Shown: positions 45,351 to 52,505 of the stretch, one piece after another
How positions within the stretch are numbered: the first letter of the stretch is position 1
Layout of the letters: every line of letters begins with the position of its first letter
Source of the DNA: an uncultured Anaerolineales bacterium
GTDB taxonomy: Bacteria; Planctomycetota; Phycisphaerae; FEN-1346
Assembly (NCBI GenBank): GCA_964577175.1
Contig: CAZNYC010000005.1
Coordinates: 1 to 60,252 of the forward strand
Length of the DNA: 60,252 nt
Direction: 5' to 3'
The notes under the pieces: generated by a model
Seen by the model: only the letters and a program-made list of their open reading frames with translations
Told to the model about the DNA's origin: nothing
The model's database searches: none
Program-made: the position numbers and the translations under genes

Positions 45351-46219
45351 GACCGTACCTTCGGACGGATGGCGCTTTCGCGGATGACCAGGCTCCCCAC
45401 GTCGCACCCCAGGTGGCCGGCGATGACCGGGCACTTCGCCATCAGGATGAACCACACCGGCCGGGGGGCCTCGCTCAGCGTCTCGTAATTGCCCTGCCCC
45501 TTGGCGATCACGAGGTCCGCCGCCATGAACCGCTCGCGGAACGCCGCCGAGCACGTCTCCAGCAGCGTGCCGGGGGCGTCGGAGCCGTTCTCGACGATCT
45601 CCCACCGGCCCGCCAGGCCCGCCGCCGCGGCGTCCTCGGCCGTCGCGTCGTTGATGACCGGCACGCTCTTGACGCCGACGACCAGGTTCGCCGCGTCCAG
45701 GGTCTCGATGAGGACCCGGTCGAAGACGATCTCGCCGGCGTTATCCGCCAGGTACAGGACCTCGCCGGCGTCGGCGACCGCCTGCCGGAAGCCGTCCACG
45801 CCGCCGACGAGCGGGTCGCGGAGGGCCCGGTCGATGGTCTCCTGCACCGCCTCCTCGTTGACGGTGGCGCTGACGCCGAAGTCGATGATGTTGCCGGCGA
45901 TGGCGAGGCGCACGGCCGCCTCCAGCGGGTCGTCGGCCGCCTCCACGCGCCGCACCAGGTCCGGGTACAGGCCCATCGCGAGGCGGTTGAAGCGCTGCTT
46001 GACCTCGCGGTACGGGTCGGCGTTGCCGGTGGCCTCGCGGATGAGGCGGTGAATGTGCTGCCCCATCGCCGGCGGGGCCATGGCCATATCCATTTCGCTC
46101 GCGGCTCGCAGCACGTGACGAAGCACGTCGGCATGCACCGCCTCGTCGTCGGTGACGAAGCGCGCGGCCTCCAGCGTCTGGCGGACGAAGCACGGCACGC
46201 AGTCGAGGTACGTTCGCAT
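45347..46219 (-). CDS. DUF89 family protein (ARMT1-like damage-control phosphatase fold)
   Basis: MRTYLDCVPCFVRQTLEAARF N-terminus, NADPYREVKQRFN, AIAGNIIDFG, YLADNAGEIVFD, and AKGQGNYETL near the C-terminus. Confidence 0.7.
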   Translation of the reverse strand: MRTYLDCVPCFVRQTLEAARFVTDDEAVHADVLRHVLRAASEMDMAMAPPAMGQHIHRLIREATGNADPYREVKQRFNRLAMGLYPDLVRRVEAADDPLEAAVRLAIAGNIIDFGVSATVNEEAVQETIDRALRDPLVGGVDGFRQAVADAGEVLYLADNAGEIVFDRVLIETLDAANLVVGVKSVPVINDATAEDAAAAGLAGRWEIVENGSDAPGTLLETCSAAFRERFMAADLVIAKGQGNYETLSEAPRPVWFILMAKCPVIAGHLGCDVGSLVIRESAIRPKVRS

Positions 46220-46312
46220 GGTTTTCCTCTACGGGGTCGCGATGAACCCCGTAGTGTACCACAGGCGGGCGGCGGGAAACAGGATGAAGGCAACGTTTGG
46301 GCCAACATGGGA

Positions 46313-46374
46313 GCGCGGCGGTTCTCCGTAACCACCGCGCGTCGCAGCGCGGCGGGTGCGGAGACCCGCCGCGC
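46313..46374. repeat. Inverted REP doublet (REPIN-like): GCGCGGCGG-TTCTCCGTAA-CCACCGCGC plus GCGCGGCGGG-TGCGGAGA-CCCGCCGCGC
   Basis: The two hairpins are 6 nt apart and their loops are mutually complementary (TCTCCG / CGGAGA). The same doublet occurs at 37381-37450. Confidence 0.7.
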
Positions 46375-46393
46375 ACGAGTTAGCGTTGTAGTG

Positions 46394-47053
46394 CTAGGCG
46401 TCGACGAGTTTCCCGTCGGCCATGTGGACGATGCGGCCGGCGTAGTCGGCGGCCCGCACGTCGTGGGTGACGAGCAGGACCGCCCCGCCGCCGTCCGTGA
46501 AGTCCGCCAGGTACTTCAGCACCGTGTCGCCGCTCGCGGGGTCGAGGTTGCCGGTGGGTTCGTCGGCGAGGAGGACGCGCGGCTCGTTGAGCATGGCCCG
46601 CGCCAGGGCCACCCGCTGCCGCTCGCCCGTACTGAGTTCGGCCGGCACGTGGTCGAGGCGGGGCGCCAGGCCCACGTGCTCGAGCAGCGCCATGGCCCGG
46701 TCCCGCGCGCCGTCCGACGGCCGCGCCAGCGACGCCGACAGCACGTTGTCCAGCACCGTGAGGTACGGCATGAGGTGGAACCGCTGGAAGACGAATCCGA
46801 TGGCATCGGCCCGCATGCGGGCCCGCTCCTCGGGCGCGAGGGCGTACGGGTCGTGACCGTCGAGCGTTACGCTGCCCGTGTCCGGCCGGAGCAGGCCGCC
46901 GGCCACGAGAAGCAGCGTCGTCTTGCCGCACCCGCTCGGGCCCTGGACGGACACGAATTCGCCGGGCTCGACGGTGAGGGTAACGTCGTCGACGGCGGGA
47001 ACGGCCTCGGTCTTGCCGCGGTAGGTCTTGGAGACGTTCTGGAGACGGACCAC
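46394..47053 (-). CDS. ABC transporter ATP-binding protein (MacB/LolD/FtsE-like)
   Basis: Walker [10 protein letters not shown], signature LSTGERQRV, Walker [13 protein letters not shown]-loop VTHD. Start set to the GTG at 47051-47053, 10 nt after GAGGAG. The ORF track start at 47071 (GTG) would overlap the permease stop. Confidence 0.85.
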   Translation of the reverse strand: MVRLQNVSKTYRGKTEAVPAVDDVTLTVEPGEFVSVQGPSGCGKTTLLLVAGGLLRPDTGSVTLDGHDPYALAPEERARMRADAIGFVFQRFHLMPYLTVLDNVLSASLARPSDGARDRAMALLEHVGLAPRLDHVPAELSTGERQRVALARAMLNEPRVLLADEPTGNLDPASGDTVLKYLADFTDGGGAVLLVTHDVRAADYAGRIVHMADGKLVDA

Positions 47054-47060
47054 GCTGGGG

Positions 47061-48395
47061 TTACTCCTCACTGAGGATCAGGGCGGGGTCTTCCTGGGCG
47101 GCCAAAAGCGCCGGCACGAGGCTCGCCGCCGCCGACAGCAGCGGCGCCAGCAGCAGCGCCCCGGCGAGGAGGCCCGGTCCGAACAGGGCGGCCGCCCCGG
47201 CGGGGCCGCTCGCCAGCAGGTCGCCGCCCATCTCGCGCGTGTCCCACGCCACCGCCAGGACAAATCCCAAGAGGTAGCCGGCGACGGCGCCCAGGAGGCC
47301 GACCATGACGGCCCGTCCGAGGAAGATGCCGACGACCTGCCTGCCGCGGACGCCCATCGCGCGCAGGATGCCGATCTCGGTGCGCCGGGCTCGCACGTTC
47401 CCGAGGGCCATCAGCCCCACCCACACGATGCAGCCGACGACCACGAGCGGGACGACCCAGGTGGCGAGGGCCTCGCGTTCGGACCGCAGGCTGTCGCGGC
47501 CGGCCTGGTCGACGGCGAGAAACTGCTGGGCACGATTGCCGGCCGCGGCGCGCGTGGCGCGCCGGATGGCGGCTTCACGTTCCATCGTGAGCACCTGCAC
47601 GTTCGGCAGGATTTCCCGAACCAGGTTCTCGAGTTCTTCCGCCGAGTAGAGTTCGCGCACCCCGAACCGCCCGTCGGGCAGGTGTTGCACGCACAGGCAG
47701 CCCAAGGCCAGGATGGCATGGATCTTGCCCGGACACTCGAGCAACTGCTGCGCCTCGGCCAAGGGGATCCAGACCGTGATGTCGTCGTCGCTTCCCCGCA
47801 ACTCGTGAATCCGGCTGACGGTGAACTCCCGGCCGAGAAGCGTCGCTTTCTGGCCGACCTTCAAGCCGGCCTGCTCGGCCACCACCGCGCCGACAATCAT
47901 GCTGCCCTCCGGCAGGGTGTCGATCATCGGCTTCTTGGGGTTGAAGTGCGACAGGGGCACCTCGCCGCGGGTACCCATAAGGACAATCGGCAGGTCTTTC
48001 TCGGGCCAGCGCATTCGCTGCTGGACGACGGGCAGCAGGTGCCGCACGACCAGTTTCTGTGACTGGGCCAGTTTTTCGACCACCTCTTCGTCCATCATGT
48101 GGGCCGGCTGCTGCGTGCTCAGGAACTCCGCCCGGTCTTCCTTCTCGTCGAGGATCAACACGTTGTATCCGAGTTCCAGCATGATGCGTCGGGCGTCATC
48201 CGTCAGATGGAAACCCACCTCGCCGACCTTCTCGGACCGCGCCTCTTCAATGCGTGCCGCCCGCAGGTCGTAGCCCCTGAGCAAAGTCAGGACGGCCACG
48301 ACGGACCCGACGGCCACCAGGACCGCCACGGCCGCCAGGGCGAAGTTCAGCCGACGGTACGTGATTTCACGGGCAATCAGACGCCAGATGCTCAT
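47061..48395 (-). CDS. ABC transporter permease, FtsX/MacB type: TM1, extracytoplasmic domain of about 300 aa, then three C-terminal TMs
   Basis: MSIWRLIAREITYRRLNFALAAVAVLVAV. FtsX-domain motif RTEIGILRAMGVRGRQV. ATG at 48393-48395, 1 nt after the upstream stop. Confidence 0.8.
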   Translation of the reverse strand: MSIWRLIAREITYRRLNFALAAVAVLVAVGSVVAVLTLLRGYDLRAARIEEARSEKVGEVGFHLTDDARRIMLELGYNVLILDEKEDRAEFLSTQQPAHMMDEEVVEKLAQSQKLVVRHLLPVVQQRMRWPEKDLPIVLMGTRGEVPLSHFNPKKPMIDTLPEGSMIVGAVVAEQAGLKVGQKATLLGREFTVSRIHELRGSDDDITVWIPLAEAQQLLECPGKIHAILALGCLCVQHLPDGRFGVRELYSAEELENLVREILPNVQVLTMEREAAIRRATRAAAGNRAQQFLAVDQAGRDSLRSEREALATWVVPLVVVGCIVWVGLMALGNVRARRTEIGILRAMGVRGRQVVGIFLGRAVMVGLLGAVAGYLLGFVLAVAWDTREMGGDLLASGPAGAAALFGPGLLAGALLLAPLLSAAASLVPALLAAQEDPALILSEE

Positions 48396-48396
48396 C

Positions 48397-49617
48397 TCAG
48401 CCCTCGGCTCGCTTCCCACGTTTCCAGATGACCAGGGAGGCGACGGCCACGACGGCCAACGCCCCCAGTACCGTCACACCCAGAAGCATCATCCAACTCA
48501 GGTTGAACGTCTGCGTCCCGAGCGTTCCGGCCTTCCGGACGTCGTGTGGCGCTTGCTCTGCAGCCTCTTCCGGCCCCGGCTCTGCCTTCTTGCCCTCGGT
48601 TTCGCCCTCGCCCGACTGCTCCGCCTCGGCCGCCTGGGCAAACTTCGCCAGGCCCGTCAGCGGCGGGGGCTCGACCTCCGGAATGGCGGACTCCTCGCCC
48701 ATCAGCGCGGCGTCCCACTGCACGTCCATCAGCATGTCCACGCCGGGGTTCTGGTACTTGACGGTGCACGAACACGGGCCGGAGACGAACCCGCACACCT
48801 CCTCGATGTTCAGTTTGCTGATGCCCTCGCCCACCAGGGCACACAGGACGCGGCCGCGGCCGAAGATGGGGAACGCCATCGGCCCCGTCTCCTCCTTGAG
48901 GCCGGGCTCGCAGCCGAGGAGCATCTCGCGGAACGCCGCCTCCTCCGGGTCGTCGCGCGAGAGCGGCACGATGGAGAAGGCGATCTTCAGGTCCGGCGCG
49001 CCCTCCGTGTCGTAGACGGGGTCGCCCCACACGCCGCCGGGCGGCGCGGGCGGCTCGATGAGTTCCTCCATCCGCGCCAGGTGCTTCTCCAGGCGCTGGC
49101 GGGCCGCCTGGTCCTGCTCGGCGTCGCCGCTCTCGAGGAAGACGAAGACGGTCGTCTCGCCCTCCAGGAGGCGCTTGGCCACCTTCCGCCGCGTCGGAGA
49201 ATCCAGCAGGTTGTCCGCCGCCTCCGGACCGAGCGGCCCCGACCACGTGTCGATCGGAATGCCGAACATCCGCGGGTACCGGACCACCAGCCACGGGGTC
49301 TCGGCCTTCTCGGCGTGGGCCTCCCAGACCTTGGCGGCCTGGCCCTCGGGCTCGCCCTGCGACAGGTCCGTCATCCAGAGGTCCAGGACGCCGTCGCGGC
49401 GTTCCTCCAGCGACGCCTCGCGCAGCGGCTGGAGCGCCTCCTTCTGGGCCTCCGTCAGATCCCCGCGATGGAACACGTGGATCTCGTACGGGTCCACCAT
49501 CCATCGTTCGAGCGCATAGCGATACACCGGGACGCTACACGCCTCTGCGACGCCGGCGGCGAGCATGAGCACCGCCGCCAATACGCATCCAACCAGCACG
49601 TTATGGCCAAGACGCAT
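48397..49617 (-). CDS. Hypothetical exported protein anchored by a C-terminal TM, with conserved-looking mature N-terminus CSVPVYRYALERW and a Cys cluster
   Basis: Signal VLVGCVLAAVLMLAAGVAEA then CSVPVYRYALERW. Cluster C-x15-C-x6-C-x-C (CALVGEGISKLNIEEVCGFVSGPCSC). Acidic linker, TM WMMLLGVTVLGALAVVAVASLVIW, then KRGKR. ATG at 49615-49617 preceded by GGGGAG. First gene of the ABC operon. Confidence 0.65.
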   Translation of the reverse strand: MRLGHNVLVGCVLAAVLMLAAGVAEACSVPVYRYALERWMVDPYEIHVFHRGDLTEAQKEALQPLREASLEERRDGVLDLWMTDLSQGEPEGQAAKVWEAHAEKAETPWLVVRYPRMFGIPIDTWSGPLGPEAADNLLDSPTRRKVAKRLLEGETTVFVFLESGDAEQDQAARQRLEKHLARMEELIEPPAPPGGVWGDPVYDTEGAPDLKIAFSIVPLSRDDPEEAAFREMLLGCEPGLKEETGPMAFPIFGRGRVLCALVGEGISKLNIEEVCGFVSGPCSCTVKYQNPGVDMLMDVQWDAALMGEESAIPEVEPPPLTGLAKFAQAAEAEQSGEGETEGKKAEPGPEEAAEQAPHDVRKAGTLGTQTFNLSWMMLLGVTVLGALAVVAVASLVIWKRGKRAEG

Positions 49618-49804
49618 GATCTGTGTCACTCCCCTGTGCGGAACTCCCGCAATCTAATCAGGCGATTATACGCGCCGTTTGGGGGAATTTAAACCGCTTT
49701 TCCCCCAGCGGGGGCCGCGCGAATCCGTGGCCTGCCGCGATCCCCGGAAGGTCGTCGCGCCGACCGCCGCGCCCAGCCAAACGCCGCTTGACGCGGAGGC
49801 GAAA

Positions 49805-50770
49805 ATGAGACATAGTAACGGTATGCTCAGACGGACCGCCCGCGAGGATCGCCGTACCGTGAACGCGCACGGGACCGCAACGCTGCTGGTCGCCCAACCC
49901 GGCTCGGAGATGGCCGACGCCCTGGCCGAGGGGCTCCGCGCCGCCGGCCGACCGGTCACCGTCGTCACGAATCCGCTCGATTCGGTGGCGGAGGCGGTGC
50001 GCGCCGACCCGCCCCTTAACTGCCTGGTGGTGGGGGTGGATTTCTTCGACGACGAGGCCTTCCGCCTCCTGCCCCTCTTCCGGCGCGAGTGGCCCGACAC
50101 GACGATCGTGGCGTACCACGGGCGAGGCTTCGAGCACAAGGGCCGCATCGCCGGCCTCGTCGGGGCGGACGTGGTCCTGTCGCGCCCGGCCCACCTGCTG
50201 GAGTTCCTGGGCGGGCGGAAGGCCGCCGGCCGGACGGTGCCGCAGAACGGTCCGTCGCAGCCGACGACGCAGGAGGCGCCGGCGCCCGCACGCGTCACCG
50301 AACGGTCCGCCCGGACGCCGGCGTCGCCCGTTGCGGCGCCCGAACCTCCTTCGGCGGCCCCCGCGCCGTCGGCGGCGCAGGAAACGACGCCGCCACCCGC
50401 CCCCCCGGCAGCGCCGGAGCCTCAGCCGTCCGCGCCTGCGCCCGAACCTCCGCCGTCGGCCGAAGCGGCGCTATCGGGCCCCCCGTCGCGGGAGACCGCC
50501 GACGGGGGCTCGCCCGCCGCGCCGACCCGTCAGGCAAGGCCCGCGCGGAAAGGGCCGCCCGCACCCCCGCCCGCCCCTGCACCGGAGGCGCCTGATGGAG
50601 AGGCCTCCGCGGCGTCCGACCCCGACGCCACCCCCTTCGCACCGCCGCCGGCGGGAGAGACCGATCCCCCCGACGACGACCAGGCCCTGACCGGCGGGCA
50701 AGTCATCGGCACCGTGGAACTGACCGACGAGGAACTGCGCATCCTGCTCGGCGAGGACGACGATACGTGA
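49805..50770 (+). CDS. Pseudo-receiver (REC-like) protein with a long Pro/Ala-rich region and an acidic C-terminus
   Basis: RBS GGAGG 5 nt upstream of the ATG. REC-like fold pattern TLLVAQPG.., NCLVVGVDFFDDE, TIVAYHG, GADVVLSRP, with the conserved Asp pair and Lys replaced. About 150 aa of PAPEPPPSA-type low complexity. Confidence 0.6.
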   Translation: MRHSNGMLRRTAREDRRTVNAHGTATLLVAQPGSEMADALAEGLRAAGRPVTVVTNPLDSVAEAVRADPPLNCLVVGVDFFDDEAFRLLPLFRREWPDTTIVAYHGRGFEHKGRIAGLVGADVVLSRPAHLLEFLGGRKAAGRTVPQNGPSQPTTQEAPAPARVTERSARTPASPVAAPEPPSAAPAPSAAQETTPPPAPPAAPEPQPSAPAPEPPPSAEAALSGPPSRETADGGSPAAPTRQARPARKGPPAPPPAPAPEAPDGEASAASDPDATPFAPPPAGETDPPDDDQALTGGQVIGTVELTDEELRILLGEDDDT

Positions 50771-52134
50771 CACACGCGACCACCCATCCCGATGTCGCCG
50801 TCCGACCCGGCGTGGTCTGCGTGTGCAGGGACGCCGGCGTCTCGGCCCTGCTCGAGCCGCTCGCCGCCGGCGGCCGGGTGTATCGTTCCGCGGCGGACGC
50901 CCTCCTGGCCGCGACGCGAGAGCCGCCGGCCGCCGTCGTCCTGGCGCTGGATCCGACCGAGGCGTCCATCGGCCCGGCGGTCGATGCGTTCCGGGGCCTG
51001 GCCCTCGGCGCCCCCGTATATGCCCTGGTGGAGGCGGCGGAAGAGCCCCTCGCCCGTTCGCTTCGCGGGGCCGGGCTGTCGGACTATTTCGTCCTGCCGG
51101 GCGGCATCCACCGGCTGGCGCGGGCCCTGTCGCCGGAACCGGCGGAACCCGAGCCCCCTCCGCCGCCTTCGGCCGAGGCCGCCGAGCCGCCTGAGGCGGA
51201 ACCGGCGGCGCCGGCCTCCGCCGGCCACCTGTTCGACGCCGCATGCCGCCTGGGGGACCTTGCGATGGCGGCGCCCGCCACGCTCTTCCGGAAGGGCACG
51301 CGCGTCATCCTCAAGACCGTGCGAGCGGAGCGCGGCTGCGCATTCCTCTGGTCCGAGAAGGACGAGCGGATGGACCTGTCGCTGACCATCGGCGGCAACG
51401 AGACCCTCGGGGCCGCCCACCCGGACCCCGTCCGTGCCGCCGCCACCCGGTGCTTTCGGACCGGTGAGCCGCTCCGGCTTCCACCCGGCACCGCCGACAC
51501 ACCGCCCGGCGGGCTGGTCGCCGTGCCGGTCGGCGACGACGAGGCGGCCGTCGGCGTCATCTGCCTGTCGCCGTCGTCGGCCCCGGAGGCCCAGGGCGTT
51601 GGGGATGACGCGCTCGGGGCATTGGCCCGTACGCTGGCCCGGCTGTATCGCGCCGCCGCCCGGCGTGAGGAATACGCCCGCCTGGCGCACCGCGACGTCG
51701 AGACCGGCCTCCTGAAGGCAAACCCGTTCCTGGCGTACGTGGACGGTCGCATCGCCGAGGCCCGGGACCGCCGGACGGAGTTGGCCCTGGTGCTCCTGGA
51801 ACCGGAGGCAAGCGTGGCCGCCCGAACCGCGGACAGCCCGGCCCGCCTGGGTCTGGCCGTCCGGGGCGCGCTGGCGCGCGGCTGGGAGGGGGGCCGGCTG
51901 GAGACCGCCCGCTACGCCGTGGCCCTGCCGGCCGAGACGCCGGCGGCTGCCTCCGGTGATGCTGACCCCGCCGAAGCCGCCGCACAGCGGCTCGCCGGCG
52001 CGGGGCCCCGGACCCATCCGGACCTTTCCCTGCGGACGGCGGTGGCACGGTTCCCGCACGACGGCACCAGCGCGCAGTCGCTCGTGTCGGCGGCCGAGGC
52101 GCGGCTTCAGGCGGCCACCGGTGACGCGCGGTAG
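50767..52134 (+). CDS. REC-like + GAF + degenerate GGDEF domain protein
   Basis: The GTG start overlaps the upstream TGA (GTGA). REC-like VVLALDPTE..GLSDYFVLP. GAF-like AFLWSEKDERMDLSL..GLVAVPVGDDEAAVGVICLS. GGDEF-like AHRDVETGLLKANPF..ELALVLLEPE..GGRLETARYAVAL..LSLRTAVARFPHDG..AAEARLQAA, without a GG(D/E)EF signature. Confidence 0.6.
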   Translation: MTHATTHPDVAVRPGVVCVCRDAGVSALLEPLAAGGRVYRSAADALLAATREPPAAVVLALDPTEASIGPAVDAFRGLALGAPVYALVEAAEEPLARSLRGAGLSDYFVLPGGIHRLARALSPEPAEPEPPPPPSAEAAEPPEAEPAAPASAGHLFDAACRLGDLAMAAPATLFRKGTRVILKTVRAERGCAFLWSEKDERMDLSLTIGGNETLGAAHPDPVRAAATRCFRTGEPLRLPPGTADTPPGGLVAVPVGDDEAAVGVICLSPSSAPEAQGVGDDALGALARTLARLYRAAARREEYARLAHRDVETGLLKANPFLAYVDGRIAEARDRRTELALVLLEPEASVAARTADSPARLGLAVRGALARGWEGGRLETARYAVALPAETPAAASGDADPAEAAAQRLAGAGPRTHPDLSLRTAVARFPHDGTSAQSLVSAAEARLQAATGDAR

Positions 52135-52148
52135 CACTACTACGCCAT

Positions 52149-52345
52149 GGAGGCCGGTAAATCAAATGTGACACGGCTCGCCGGTTGTCATTCTGAGGAG
52201 CGGCGCAGTTTACCCGCCGAAGGCGGGCCGCGACGAAGAATCTCGCCTTGGTCTTTGTCGTTTCGCGTTGGCACGGCGAGATGCTTCGGCCCCGCGAGCG
52301 GGGCCTCAGAATGACATCCTGCGACATGACAATTACCGGCCTCAA
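52149..52345. mobile_element. MITE-like element, family A, 197-bp copy without the nested insertion
   Basis: GGAGGCCGGTAA...GTCATTCTGAGG...CCTCAGAATGAC...TTACCGGCCTCAA. The two subterminal arm types are swapped relative to the core when compared with the copy at 43584. Confidence 0.75.
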
Positions 52346-52505
52346 TAACTTGTGCGCGGCGGGTCGCCGCGGGCGCCGCGCAGTCCTGAAAAGGCCGGTT
52401 TGAGCGCGGTGGGTACTCCTGACCCACCTCGCAAACGGCGGACGTAGCGCTGTCGTGCCAGCCGGCAGGCCCTGTCCGTCAGACCTCCTTCGGAGATGCC
52501 AAGCC

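Noticed and set aside
49788-49816. Promoter-like TTGACG, 17-nt spacer, CATAGT, which would imply a leaderless mRNA starting at the ATG at 49823
   Set aside because: It conflicts with the strong RBS (GGAGG) and ATG at 49805, which lie inside the putative spacer. The RBS-supported start was preferred, and the promoter call is left unsupported.
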